Translations under genes and position numbers: made by a program
NCBI GenBank assembly: GCA_965279375.1
Contig: OZ257156.1
Span: 4,224,001 to 4,288,000, forward strand
Direction of reading: 5' to 3'
Length of the DNA: 64,000 nucleotides
Origin: Gemmatimonas sp.
Lineage (GTDB): Bacteria > Gemmatimonadota > Gemmatimonadetes > Gemmatimonadales > Gemmatimonadaceae
Notes under the pieces: model-generated
What the model was told of the DNA's origin: nothing
The model's input: only the letters and a program-made list of their open reading frames with translations
Databases searched by the model: none
Part shown: positions 20,975-31,284 of the stretch, piece by piece
Numbering within the stretch: the stretch's first letter is position 1
Layout of the letters: every line of letters starts with the position of its first letter

Positions 20975-21523
20975 ATGTCACAGCACACGCTTATCGCTCT
21001 CCTGCAGGATCGTCCCGGCGTGCTCCATCGCACGGTCACGCTGCTCCGTCGCCGAGGCTTCAACATTGCCTCGCTCGCCGTCGGGCGGAGCGAAGTGCCC
21101 GGCATCAGCCGCATGACGCTTGTGGTGGATGCCAGCGATGCGACCCAGGTGGTCAGCCAGCTCGATCGGTTGGTGGAAGTGATCGGGGTGACCGATGTGA
21201 CGCATGAGGATTCGGTGCAGCGCGAGACTGCGCTGGCGAAGATCGTCGCGTCGCCATCGCGACTCGCGCAGCTGGTGGAGATCGTGATGGAAAAGGGCGC
21301 TCGTGTGCTGCACACCGGGGATCACGAGATGATCGTGGAAATCACCGACACGCCGGAGCGCGTGGAGCTGTTCATCGCATTCATCCGCCCGGAAGGGCTG
21401 GCGGAGCTGATGCGGACCGGCCGTCTCGCGATGATGCGCGGCCGCACCCCCACTCGCCTGGAGGCCCCGGCGCACTACCGCGACCAGGCCGACGGCGCCC
21501 CACATGAGGAAGTTGCCGCATGA
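20975..21523 (+). CDS. ilvN: Acetolactate synthase small (regulatory) subunit
   Basis: ACT domain [42 protein letters not shown]. Confidence 0.92.
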   Translation: MSQHTLIALLQDRPGVLHRTVTLLRRRGFNIASLAVGRSEVPGISRMTLVVDASDATQVVSQLDRLVEVIGVTDVTHEDSVQRETALAKIVASPSRLAQLVEIVMEKGARVLHTGDHEMIVEITDTPERVELFIAFIRPEGLAELMRTGRLAMMRGRTPTRLEAPAHYRDQADGAPHEEVAA

Positions 21524-22572
21524 CCACACGCGTCTACTACGATCGTGATGCCGATGCCTCGCGCCTGAACGGGCGCCCCATCGCGATCATCGGATACGGT
21601 AGCCAGGGTCATGCGCACGCGCTCAACCTGCGCGACAGCGGCTGCGATGTGCGCGTGGGGCTGCGCGAGGGCTCCAAGAGTTGGGCGGCGGCGGTAGCGG
21701 CCGGCGTGCGCGTGTGCACGGTGGCACAGGCGGCGGCAGAGGCACAGCTCATCATGATGCTTGCGCCGGATACCGAGCAGCGGAGCATCTACGAGCGCGA
21801 CATTCGCAACTCGCTGACGCCGGGCAAGACGCTGCTGTTTGCGCACGGCTTCAACATTCATTTCAACCTCATCGATCCGCCGGCTGGCGTGGACGTCGCG
21901 TTGATCGCGCCCAAGTCGCCCGGACATCGCGTGCGTGAGCTGTACATCGACGGTGGCGGCGTGCCGGGGCTCATCGCGGTCCATCGCGACGCCAGCGGCA
22001 ATGCGCGCGCCGATGCGATGGCCTACGCGCGTGCAATCGGTTGCACGCGTGCGGGCGTGATCGAGACGTCGTTCGCTGAAGAGACGGAGACGGATCTATT
22101 TGGCGAGCAGGCTGTGTTGTGCGGCGGTGTGTCGGCGCTGGTGAAGGCCGGCTTCGAAACGCTGGTGGAAGCGGGCTATCAGCCAGAGATGGCGTACTTC
22201 GAGTGCCTGCACGAGCTCAAGCTGATCGTGGACCTGATGTATCAAGGTGGCCTCAACTACATGCGCTACTCGGTGTCCGACACGGCCGAACATGGCGACT
22301 ACACGGCGGGCCCGCGCATCGTCACGTCGGCAACGAAGGACGCGATGCGACAGCTCCTCGCGGAGATCAAGGATGGCACATTCGCTCGGCAGTGGGTGGC
22401 GGAGAACGAGGCGGGACGTCCCAACTTCACCGCCAATCGTCGTGCCGACATGGATCATCCGATCGAGCAGGTCGGTGTGCGGCTGCGCGAGTTGATGCCG
22501 TTTCTGAACGCCAAGGTAGTGCGCCCGGATACCGGAGCGGTATCGAGTCCCGTATCAGCGGGCGCTGTATGA
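21520..22572 (+). CDS. ilvC: Ketol-acid reductoisomerase
   Basis: [57 protein letters not shown]. Confidence 0.97.
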   Translation: MTTRVYYDRDADASRLNGRPIAIIGYGSQGHAHALNLRDSGCDVRVGLREGSKSWAAAVAAGVRVCTVAQAAAEAQLIMMLAPDTEQRSIYERDIRNSLTPGKTLLFAHGFNIHFNLIDPPAGVDVALIAPKSPGHRVRELYIDGGGVPGLIAVHRDASGNARADAMAYARAIGCTRAGVIETSFAEETETDLFGEQAVLCGGVSALVKAGFETLVEAGYQPEMAYFECLHELKLIVDLMYQGGLNYMRYSVSDTAEHGDYTAGPRIVTSATKDAMRQLLAEIKDGTFARQWVAENEAGRPNFTANRRADMDHPIEQVGVRLRELMPFLNAKVVRPDTGAVSSPVSAGAV

Positions 22573-24197
22573 GCAGCGACATCGTACGCATCTTCGACAC
22601 AACGTTACGCGATGGCGAGCAGGCCCCGGGTTGCTCGATGACAGTTGAAGAGAAGCGCCAGGTCGCGCGGCAACTCGCGCGACTTGGTGTGGATGTGATC
22701 GAGGCGGGCTTTCCGGCCGCCTCGCCAGGCGACTGGGATGCGGTCCGCGCGATCGCGGCCGATGCGTACGACTGGCCAACGGCACCCACCATTTGCGGTT
22801 TGGCTCGTGCGACACAGAAAGACATCGAGGCGGCGGCAACAGCACTGGCCGGCGCACCGAGCTATCGCATCCACACGTTTCTGGCCACGTCCGATGTGCA
22901 TCTGCAGTACAAGCTGCAGATGTCGCGCGAGCAGGTGCTGCGCCGCGTGCTGGAGATGGTCGGCTACGCGGCGTCCTTCACGCGCGACGTCGAGTTCTCT
23001 CCGGAAGATGCGTCGCGTAGTGATGCAGGCTTCTTGCATGAAGTGTTGCGCACGGCGATCGAAGCCGGCGCGACGACGATCAACATCCCTGACACCGTCG
23101 GGTACAGCACGCCGGATGAGTACTTCGCGCTGATTTCGGGCATTCGCGAACACGTGGTTGGTTTGCGCGCGGTGACGATCTCCACGCACTGTCATGATGA
23201 TCTGGGGCTCGCGGTGGCCAACTCGCTGGCCGGTGTGCAGGCGGGTGCGCGTCAGATCGAATGCACCATCAATGGCATTGGCGAGCGAGCGGGCAACGCC
23301 GCGCTGGAAGAAGTAGTGATGGCGCTGCGCACGCGTCACGCGCGCTACAACGCGGACACGAACGTGCGCACGGCGGAGATCGGACGCGCATCGCGTTTGG
23401 TATCGCGCTGCACGAGCGTGCGCGTGCCGCCCAACAAGGCGATCGTTGGCGCGAATGCGTTCGCGCACGAGGCGGGAATCCATCAGGATGGGATGCTCAA
23501 GAATCGTGAGACGTACGAGATCATGCACGCCGAAACCGTCGGACTCGAGGGCGGACGGCTGGTGCTGGGCAAGCATTCCGGGCGCGCCGCGCTGCGTGCC
23601 CATCTGGCCACACTGGGCCATGCGTTGAGCGATGCGGAAACGGACGCGGTCTTCGCCAAGTTCAAGGAAGTCGCCGATCGCAAGAAGGTGGTGGACGATC
23701 GCGAGCTGGAGGCAATTGTCGCCGGCGAGACCAAGCGCGGCAGCGTGACGTACACACTCGAGCTGGTGCAGGTGTCGTGTGGCACGCACGCGATTCCCAC
23801 CGCGACGGTGAAGTTGCGCGGCCCCGACGAGAAAGAGTTGGTGGCGGCAGCACAGGGCGATGGCCCGGTCGATGCGGTCTGTCGCGCGATCAACGATTGT
23901 GTCGGCGACGTGGGCGAGCTGATCGAGTTTGCCGTGGATGCCGCTGCTGAAGGAATCAACGCCGTTGGAGGCGTTTCGATCCGGTTGCGCGAACGCGCGT
24001 CGCACGCGCAGGGCACGTCGCCCGCGGACTCAACGCCGGGCACGACCAGCGAAGGCCATGCGTCCGAGTCGTTGCACACGGCCAGCGGATTCGGCGTGCA
24101 CACGGACATCATCGTGGCCACGGCTGAAGCGTATGTTGCTGCGGTGAATGGTCTCGTGCGAGCCCGCGCGCGTGCGATGCAGGAGGCCGCCGCATGA
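22569..24197 (+). CDS. leuA: 2-isopropylmalate synthase
   Basis: [53 protein letters not shown]. Confidence 0.96.
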   Translation: MSSDIVRIFDTTLRDGEQAPGCSMTVEEKRQVARQLARLGVDVIEAGFPAASPGDWDAVRAIAADAYDWPTAPTICGLARATQKDIEAAATALAGAPSYRIHTFLATSDVHLQYKLQMSREQVLRRVLEMVGYAASFTRDVEFSPEDASRSDAGFLHEVLRTAIEAGATTINIPDTVGYSTPDEYFALISGIREHVVGLRAVTISTHCHDDLGLAVANSLAGVQAGARQIECTINGIGERAGNAALEEVVMALRTRHARYNADTNVRTAEIGRASRLVSRCTSVRVPPNKAIVGANAFAHEAGIHQDGMLKNRETYEIMHAETVGLEGGRLVLGKHSGRAALRAHLATLGHALSDAETDAVFAKFKEVADRKKVVDDRELEAIVAGETKRGSVTYTLELVQVSCGTHAIPTATVKLRGPDEKELVAAAQGDGPVDAVCRAINDCVGDVGELIEFAVDAAAEGINAVGGVSIRLRERASHAQGTSPADSTPGTTSEGHASESLHTASGFGVHTDIIVATAEAYVAAVNGLVRARARAMQEAAA

Positions 24198-25597
24198 GCG
24201 CGCCACGCACTCTCTTTGACAAGGTGTGGGACTCGCACGTGGTTCGCGCCGGCACCGCGGATTCGCCGGCGGTGCTGTACGTCGATCTGCATCTCGTGCA
24301 CGAAGTCACATCGCCGCAGGCGTTCACGGTACTGCGCGAACGCGGACTGCGGGTGCATCGCCCGGATCGCACGGTGGCGACGATGGACCATTCGACGCCC
24401 ACCGTTCTCACCGCTGGACGCCTCGCCGTCACCGACGCGGCGGCGGGCAAGCAGCTCGACGCGCTGGCCCGGAACTGTGCCGACTTTGGCGTGCCACTCT
24501 ACGGAATGGACAACGAGCGGCGTGGCATCGTGCACGTGATCGGTCCGGAGCTCGGGCGCACGCAACCCGGCATGACGATCGTCTGCGGCGACAGCCACAC
24601 GAGCACGCACGGGGCCTTCGGTGCGCTCGCCTTTGGCATTGGCACGAGTGAAGTCGGGCACGTGCTGGCCACGCAATGCTTGCTGCAGTCGCGTCCCAAG
24701 ACGATGGAAGTGCGCGTGGACGGTGCGCTGAATCCCGGCGTGTCGGCCAAGGATCTCATTCTGGCGATCATCGCACAGATCGGCGTTGGCGGCGGCACCG
24801 GACACGTCATCGAGTACCGCGGCGAAGCGATCCGGGCGCTCGACATGGAAGGACGCATGACGGTGTGCAACATGAGCATCGAGGCGGGCGCGCGTGCCGG
24901 TATGATCGCGCCGGACGACACGACGTTCGCGTGGCTGGCCGGGCGTGAGTTCGCTCCCAGCGGCGACGAGTGGAACGCCGCAGTGGCGCAGTGGCGAACG
25001 CTGCACACCGATGAGGGCGCCACCTTCGATCGCAGCGTCGTCATCGACGCCTCCAAACTCGCGCCGATGATCACGTGGGGCACCAACCCGGGCATGGCGA
25101 TCGCCGTCGATTCGCATGTACCCGATGCAACACCGGAGAACGACCCCGCGCTCTCGCGTGCATACGCCTACATGGGGCTCGCGCCCGGGCAGCGCATCCT
25201 GGGACAGCGGGTCGATGTCGTCTTCGTAGGCAGCTGTACCAACGGCCGCATTGATGACCTGCGGGCAGCCGCCGGCGTGATGAAGGGACGTCGCGTGGCG
25301 TCCAATACGCGTATGCTTGTGGTGCCCGGATCGCAGCGCGTCAAACGCCAGGCAGAGCGTGAAGGCTTGGCGGATATTTTTCGCGAGGCGGGCGCCGAGT
25401 GGCGCGAGAGTGGTTGTTCGATGTGTATCGCGATGAACGGAGATTCCGTGCAGTCGGGTCAGTACGCCGTGAGCACGAGCAATCGCAACTTCGAGGGGCG
25501 CCAGGGTAAGGGCGCGCGCACGCTGCTCGCCTCGCCACTCACTGCCGCAGCGTCCGCCGTCGCTGGCGCCATCGCCGACCCACGGAGCCTGCTATGA
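24194..25597 (+). CDS. leuC: 3-isopropylmalate dehydratase large subunit
   Basis: [50 protein letters not shown]. Confidence 0.97.
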   Translation: MSAPRTLFDKVWDSHVVRAGTADSPAVLYVDLHLVHEVTSPQAFTVLRERGLRVHRPDRTVATMDHSTPTVLTAGRLAVTDAAAGKQLDALARNCADFGVPLYGMDNERRGIVHVIGPELGRTQPGMTIVCGDSHTSTHGAFGALAFGIGTSEVGHVLATQCLLQSRPKTMEVRVDGALNPGVSAKDLILAIIAQIGVGGGTGHVIEYRGEAIRALDMEGRMTVCNMSIEAGARAGMIAPDDTTFAWLAGREFAPSGDEWNAAVAQWRTLHTDEGATFDRSVVIDASKLAPMITWGTNPGMAIAVDSHVPDATPENDPALSRAYAYMGLAPGQRILGQRVDVVFVGSCTNGRIDDLRAAAGVMKGRRVASNTRMLVVPGSQRVKRQAEREGLADIFREAGAEWRESGCSMCIAMNGDSVQSGQYAVSTSNRNFEGRQGKGARTLLASPLTAAASAVAGAIADPRSLL

Positions 25598-26187
25598 GCG
25601 CGCCGTGGACACCGCTCACGTCGCATGCCGTACTGGTCTCGCGCGACGACATCGACACCGACCAGATCATCCCCGCGCGCTTTCTCACCACCACCTCGCG
25701 CAGTGGACTCGGCACGCACCTCTTCTCCGATTGGCGCTACGACGCAATGGGGACACCGCGGTCCGAATTCGCCCTGAATGCGACGGCTTCGAAGGGCGCG
25801 CAGATTCTCGTGGGTGGGCAGAACTTCGGCTGTGGTTCCAGTCGGGAGCACGCACCGTGGGCGTTGAGCGATTGGGGACTGCGGGCGGTGATTGCCGGCT
25901 CGTTCGCAGACATCTTCCGGTCGAACGCTCACAAGAACGGATTGCTGACCATCGCGCTCGATGCCGCCACGCTCGCGTCGCTGCACGCAGCGATCGCGCG
26001 CGATCCCTCGACCAGCATCACAGTGGATCTTCCGGCACAGCGCGTGCACCTTCCCAACAACGTGACCGCCACCTTCTCCATCGATCCCTTCAGCAAGCGG
26101 TGCCTCATCGACGGCCTCGACGAGCTCGGCGCGCTGTTGGCTGAATTGCCCACTATCGAAGCGTGGGAGGACGCATGCGCGCGCTGA
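25594..26187 (+). CDS. leuD: 3-isopropylmalate dehydratase small subunit
   Basis: [31 protein letters not shown]. Confidence 0.97.
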   Translation: MSAPWTPLTSHAVLVSRDDIDTDQIIPARFLTTTSRSGLGTHLFSDWRYDAMGTPRSEFALNATASKGAQILVGGQNFGCGSSREHAPWALSDWGLRAVIAGSFADIFRSNAHKNGLLTIALDAATLASLHAAIARDPSTSITVDLPAQRVHLPNNVTATFSIDPFSKRCLIDGLDELGALLAELPTIEAWEDACAR

Positions 26188-27281
26188 TTGCCGTGTTGCC
26201 GGGAGATGGTGTTGGTCCGGAGGTCACGGCGCAGGCGGTACGTGTGCTGCGCGATGTGGGCGAGCGAGGCGGGCACGAGTTCCGCTTTCACGAAGGGCTG
26301 ATCGGCGGAATCGCAATCGATCAGACATTCGATCCGCTCCCCGAGGCCACGCGTAACCTGGTCGGCGAGGCGGACGCCGTGCTGCTGGGCGCGGTGGGTG
26401 GACCACGTTGGAGCGATCCGTCGGCACTGGTCCGCCCTGAACAAGGATTGCTTGCGTTGCGCGGACTGCTCGGCGTGTTCGCCAACTTGCGACCCGTGCG
26501 CGTGCATCCAGCGCTCGCCGCGTCGGCACCCCTCAAGGCAGAGCTGCTCGAGAACGTGGACGTGCTCTTCGTGCGCGAGCTCACGGGCGGGCTCTACTTC
26601 GGCGACAAGACACACGAGCGCGACAGCGCAGGACGTTCAGTGTCCGCGTCAGACTTGTGCGTCTATTCGGCCGAGGAAGTCGCGCGCGTGGTGCGCGTAG
26701 CAGCCACGATCGCGCGCGGGCGCAAGAAGCATCTGCTCTCCGTCGACAAGTCCAACGTGCTCGCAACCTCACGGCTCTGGCGCGAGATCACCTCGCGGGT
26801 GATTCGCGAAGAGTTTCCCGACGTGACGCTCGAGCATGCGCTGGTTGACTCATTCGCGATGCAGCTGTTGCAGGCGCCAGCGCGCTACGATGTGGTCGTG
26901 ACCGAGAACCTGTTCGGCGACATTCTCACCGATGAAGCGGCGGTATTGGCCGGGTCCATCGGTGTGTTGCCCTCGGCGTCGATCGGCGAGGAGCCGCTCA
27001 ACGGGCATCGACGGGGCCTGTACGAACCCATCCACGGCTCGGCGCCGGACATCGCAGGGCGCGGCATCGCCAACCCGGCCGGTGCCGTTCTCAGCGCGGC
27101 GTTGTTGCTGCGGCACAGCCTCGGCCTGGAGGATGAGGCCGCGGCCATCGAGCATGCGGTGTTCGACGCCATCGCCGAGGGGTGGCGTACGGCCGACTGC
27201 GTTGCGCAGGGTGGGTCGCCGTGCTCGACGGCGGAGTTTGGGGACGCCGTGCTGGCGCGGCTGGCGGCGGCGGTCGGCTAG
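26175..27281 (+). CDS. leuB: 3-isopropylmalate dehydrogenase
   Basis: LPGDGVGPEV, RELTGGLYFG, VDKSNVL, NLFGDILTD, YEPIHGSAPDIAG. Confidence 0.97.
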   Translation: MRALIAVLPGDGVGPEVTAQAVRVLRDVGERGGHEFRFHEGLIGGIAIDQTFDPLPEATRNLVGEADAVLLGAVGGPRWSDPSALVRPEQGLLALRGLLGVFANLRPVRVHPALAASAPLKAELLENVDVLFVRELTGGLYFGDKTHERDSAGRSVSASDLCVYSAEEVARVVRVAATIARGRKKHLLSVDKSNVLATSRLWREITSRVIREEFPDVTLEHALVDSFAMQLLQAPARYDVVVTENLFGDILTDEAAVLAGSIGVLPSASIGEEPLNGHRRGLYEPIHGSAPDIAGRGIANPAGAVLSAALLLRHSLGLEDEAAAIEHAVFDAIAEGWRTADCVAQGGSPCSTAEFGDAVLARLAAAVG

Positions 27282-27403
27282 GCAGGCGAGGGGCTCGGCG
27301 GGGGGAGCACTTCCGAGCAGGAGTCACGGGGCGCACCTTCTCCCCTGCGCCCCGCTGGGGCGATGGGCATCCGCCCGTGATTCCTTCAGCCGACGACCTG
27401 ACC

Positions 27404-29644
27404 ATGCCTCGCCGCCTGTTCCCTGCCCTGCTCTTCGCGCCGATCGTACTCGGCGCGCAGACGAAGCGTCCGATGACGTTCCTGGATGTCCAGCAACTCC
27501 GTCAAGCGAGTGGCCAGTCCGTGAGCCCCGATGGGCAGTGGATGCTGTATGGCATCTCTACGCCCGACTGGAAGGAGGCCAAGCGTCAGACCGATCTGTA
27601 TCTCGTGTCGATGTCCAAGGGCCTCGCCGACACGCGCCAGCTGACGTTCACGAAGGACAAGAACGAAGGCGCGCCGCTTTGGGCGCCGGACAGCCGGTCA
27701 TTCGTATTCGCGTCCAACCGCGACGCCGCGGCCAACGGCAGCACCAATCAGCTGTACCTCATGCGCCCCGACGGTGGTGAAGCGCGGCGCATCACCGATG
27801 CGAAGGACGGCGTGGGTGCGTTCGCATTCACCAGCGACGGCAAGTGGTTGGCGTATGCCTCGGGCAAGACGGACGAGCAGCAGCTCTACGTGCTCCCCGT
27901 CGCAGGAATGGACAGCGCGAAGGCGACAGCGCTCACCAAGCATCCCACCGGCGTGCGTTGGTGGAAGTTCTCGCGCGATGGGCGCACGCTGTACTACACC
28001 GCGTCCGACACGCTCGACACCGATGAGAAGCTGCGCATGGAAAAGAAGTTCGACGTGCGCATTCGCAATCAGGAAGAGCCGGTGCAGCACCTGTGGTCGA
28101 TGGACGTGGCCACGAAGCAGCGCAAGCGCCTGACCACCGGCAAGCAGTACAGTGTCGAAGGCGTCTCGCTGTCGAACGACGGCAAGTGGATTGGCTTCCG
28201 CGGCGTCGGCAACGATCGCTACTTCCGCGGCACGCTCGAGGCAGGATTGGTGGGCGAGCTGTATCTGCTGGAAACGGCGACCGGCACCATCGAGCAGCTC
28301 ACCAAGAACGTCGAGATCAGTGAAAGCGCGTTGTCCTTTGCTCCGGACGGCAAGACCATCGCCTTCTCCGCGTCCAACGACTTCACGTACTTCCGCGACA
28401 CGCGCATCTACGTGCGTGACATCGCGGCCAAAGGACAGGCCTTCCGCGAAATCGGTGATGCGCGCGATGGCGATGCGACCGTCGGCTTCTGGAGCGCCGA
28501 CAGCAAGACCATCTATTACAACGATGGCGTCGCGGCGACGAGTCAGCTGTTCAGCATCGATGTGGCATCGGGAGCGGTCAAGCAGATCACGAACGTGCGC
28601 GCGTCGCTCAACGTGTCACGCGACGAGGAGTCCGGCGCGGTGATGCTGCAGTACTCCGACCCCACGACGCCGCCGTCGAGCTTTACCGTCGCGTCGCTCG
28701 ACAAGGTCACCGACAAGAGCGCGTGGGTGCGTCTGACGAATGTGAATCCGCAGGTGGCGGGCTTCGCCCTCGGCGATGAAGAAGAAGTGACCTGGAAGTC
28801 GAAGGACGGTCGCATGGTTGGGGGCGTGCTGATCAAGCCGGTCGGCTACCAGGCCGGCACGCGCTATCCGCTGATCGTTGCGATTCACGGCGGCCCTGCC
28901 TCGGCAGACTTGCTCGGCTTCAACGGCGGCTACGGCGCGCAGATCTACTCGGGTGCCGGCTACGCGGTGCTCATGCCTAACTACCGCGGCAGCACCAACT
29001 ACGGTGAGAAGCACCGCATCGAAATCGCGGGCGACTACTTCACCAAGGGCTACGACGACATCATGACCGGCGTCGATCACCTGATCACGACGGGCTTGGT
29101 GGACAGCAAGCAGTTGGGTGTGCTGGGCTGGAGCGCGGGCGGCCACTGGTCCAACTGGATCCTCACGCACACGGACCGTTTCAAGGCGGTCTCCACGGGT
29201 GCGGGCACCATGAACTGGACGTCGATGTATGCGCAGAGCGACGTGCAGCGCAATCGTCAGTACTACATGGGCAACAAGCTCCCGTACGATGACTTCGAAG
29301 GCTACTGGCGTCAATCGCCGCTCAAGTACATCAAGAACGCCAAGACGCCCACGATGATCCACGTTGTTGATGGCGATCCGCGCGTGCCGCGTCCGCAGAG
29401 CGAAGAGCTTCACATGGCGCTCAAGCGTCTCGGCGTGCCGACCGAGTTCTTCGTCTATCCGGGCAACACGCACGGCATTCCCGACCCGCGCAACAACCTC
29501 GTCAAGTCCACGGCGGAGTTCATGTGGATGGAGAAGTGGGTGCGTGGCAAGGATGTGAAGTTCGACTGGAAGCCGTTGCTGCAGACGCTGGAAGATGCGC
29601 CGGCAGTGAAGGCGACTACGTCGAACATGAACGATCAGCGCTAG
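27404..29644 (+). CDS. S9 family secreted peptidase (prolyl oligopeptidase / acylaminoacyl peptidase-like)
   Basis: Signal peptide, PD40-type propeller repeats (SPDG, APDG), IHGGP, nucleophile GWSAGG, DPRVP, NTHG. Confidence 0.92.
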   Translation: MPRRLFPALLFAPIVLGAQTKRPMTFLDVQQLRQASGQSVSPDGQWMLYGISTPDWKEAKRQTDLYLVSMSKGLADTRQLTFTKDKNEGAPLWAPDSRSFVFASNRDAAANGSTNQLYLMRPDGGEARRITDAKDGVGAFAFTSDGKWLAYASGKTDEQQLYVLPVAGMDSAKATALTKHPTGVRWWKFSRDGRTLYYTASDTLDTDEKLRMEKKFDVRIRNQEEPVQHLWSMDVATKQRKRLTTGKQYSVEGVSLSNDGKWIGFRGVGNDRYFRGTLEAGLVGELYLLETATGTIEQLTKNVEISESALSFAPDGKTIAFSASNDFTYFRDTRIYVRDIAAKGQAFREIGDARDGDATVGFWSADSKTIYYNDGVAATSQLFSIDVASGAVKQITNVRASLNVSRDEESGAVMLQYSDPTTPPSSFTVASLDKVTDKSAWVRLTNVNPQVAGFALGDEEEVTWKSKDGRMVGGVLIKPVGYQAGTRYPLIVAIHGGPASADLLGFNGGYGAQIYSGAGYAVLMPNYRGSTNYGEKHRIEIAGDYFTKGYDDIMTGVDHLITTGLVDSKQLGVLGWSAGGHWSNWILTHTDRFKAVSTGAGTMNWTSMYAQSDVQRNRQYYMGNKLPYDDFEGYWRQSPLKYIKNAKTPTMIHVVDGDPRVPRPQSEELHMALKRLGVPTEFFVYPGNTHGIPDPRNNLVKSTAEFMWMEKWVRGKDVKFDWKPLLQTLEDAPAVKATTSNMNDQR

Positions 29645-29672
29645 TTCGACGAATACGAAGCGACTGAACGCA

Positions 29673-29700
29673 GAAAGGGCTCCCTTGCGGGAGCCCTTTC
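29673..29700. terminator. Hairpin terminator between the convergent S9 peptidase and cold-shock genes
   Basis: GAAAGGGCTCCC-ttgc-GGGAGCCCTTTC perfect 12-bp stem. Confidence 0.8.
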
Positions 29701-29750
29701 ACAGCTTCGGCGCCAACCGTCTGAGAACGACGGCCGCGCGGAGAAGCTGC

Positions 29751-29963
29751 TTAGTTGCCGAGCTTGACGACGTTCTCAGCGGCCGGACCCTTCTGGCCCT
29801 GCACCACGTCGCACTCAACGCGCTCGCCATCGGCGAGGCTCTTGAAGCCGCCGCCCTGGATGGCCGAGTGATGGACGAACAAGTCCTTGCCGCCGTCATC
29901 AGGCGTGATGAAGCCAAAGCCCTTCGCGTCGTTGAACCACTTCACGATGCCAGTCGTACGCAT
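29751..29963 (-). CDS. Cold-shock protein (CspA family)
   Basis: [52 protein letters not shown]. Confidence 0.97.
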   Translation of the reverse strand: MRTTGIVKWFNDAKGFGFITPDDGGKDLFVHHSAIQGGGFKSLADGERVECDVVQGQKGPAAENVVKLGN

Positions 29964-30166
29964 GTTACTACTCCTGCTTGGTAATTTTGGTGCTGTGTTC
30001 GGAGTGCTTATGCAGTACGTACCGACACAACGTGCTCGTGATGTAGCCCCCACGCGGGCCTCGCCGACGGCGAGTGTTCAGAAGCAAAAAGGGCCCGCAG
30101 AAAATCGGCGGGCCCTGAGACGCTCCGAAACGACGCTTTCACAACTCCTGCAAAAGCGATGAGCGG

Positions 30167-30195
30167 AGTGTATTGCGCTTTCGCCTGCCGCGCAA
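30167..30195 (-). promoter_or_regulatory. Putative sigma70 promoter for the cold-shock gene (about 200-nt leader)
   Basis: Minus strand TTGCGC-N17-TACACT. Confidence 0.55.
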
Positions 30196-30267
30196 TAGGC
30201 ACCAGGAAGATTGCCCGGCACGCACCACCCCGCTTCTTCACCTCGTGACGGTGCGCACTGGCCACCC

Positions 30268-31284
30268 TCAGTGCCGGCGGCCGCCAAGGTCAACCGTGAC
30301 ACCTCGGCCACTCGCGATCGCCCGGTCGTAGATGTGACGCACGGCGGCGACATCTTCGACCGCCAGTCCGAGCGATTTGAAGAGAGTGATATCCGAGGCG
30401 TTCAACCGTCCGGGAATCTTCCCGAGCACCAGCTCGCCGAGCTCGCCCATGATGTGCGAGTCATCGATGACGCCTTCACTGCGCGGCAGGAGAAAGTCGC
30501 CGGCCTCGGCCAGCGTGGACTCGCGCCGATCGACGAACATGCGGGCGCGTCGCACTGCCTCGCTGTCCAGCTCGCGCGCCGATGGGATCGACGCGCCGAC
30601 CGCACACACGTGCGTGCCCGGCGCGAGCCACTCGCCGTGCAGTACTGGCGTGCGCGACGAGGTGATCGTGCAGACGACGTGCGCCTCGCGCACTGCCTCC
30701 TCCGCGGAATCGCAGACGACGACGTCCACGTTGTGCAGTTGACGCGCCTGCTCGGCGAAATGATGCGCGCGGCTGCCGGCGACGGCCCCCGACCGGCTCC
30801 ACACGCGAACACGTTTGATCGGACGCACGGCTTTGACCGCCGCGAGATGCGGCAACGCCAGCACTCCCGCGCCAAGAATGGCGAGCTCGCTCGCATCGGG
30901 GTTGGCGAGCAAGCGCGTGGAAAGTCCCGACACCGCCGAGGTGCGCGTCGCGGTGATGCTCGAGGCATCGGCGATGGCGAGCAAGGCTCCGAACTGCGCG
31001 TCGAAGAGCAGCACGACGCCGATGTGCGAGTCGAACGGCGTGGCGTCGTTGCCAGGGAAGACCGTGATGATCTTCGCGCCGATGCTCGACGTACTCCCCG
31101 TTCCCAGCACACCGGGCATCGTCGCGAACGCGTTGACCGAGTTGGGCAGTCGCAGCACCGTCCGCAGCGGAAGCATCGCGTCGCCCGCGGTCACCGCGGC
31201 CAGCGCGTCGGACATGGCATCGATGCACTCACCCATTGGCAGCAGCTCGTACACATCGCGATCGGACAACAACACTGTGCTCAT
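30268..31284 (-). CDS. Ornithine cyclodeaminase / mu-crystallin family protein
   Basis: GAKIITVFPGN, ITATRTSAVS, ILGAGV, GTHVCAVGA, FKSLGLAVED. Confidence 0.9.
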   Translation of the reverse strand: MSTVLLSDRDVYELLPMGECIDAMSDALAAVTAGDAMLPLRTVLRLPNSVNAFATMPGVLGTGSTSSIGAKIITVFPGNDATPFDSHIGVVLLFDAQFGALLAIADASSITATRTSAVSGLSTRLLANPDASELAILGAGVLALPHLAAVKAVRPIKRVRVWSRSGAVAGSRAHHFAEQARQLHNVDVVVCDSAEEAVREAHVVCTITSSRTPVLHGEWLAPGTHVCAVGASIPSARELDSEAVRRARMFVDRRESTLAEAGDFLLPRSEGVIDDSHIMGELGELVLGKIPGRLNASDITLFKSLGLAVEDVAAVRHIYDRAIASGRGVTVDLGGRRH

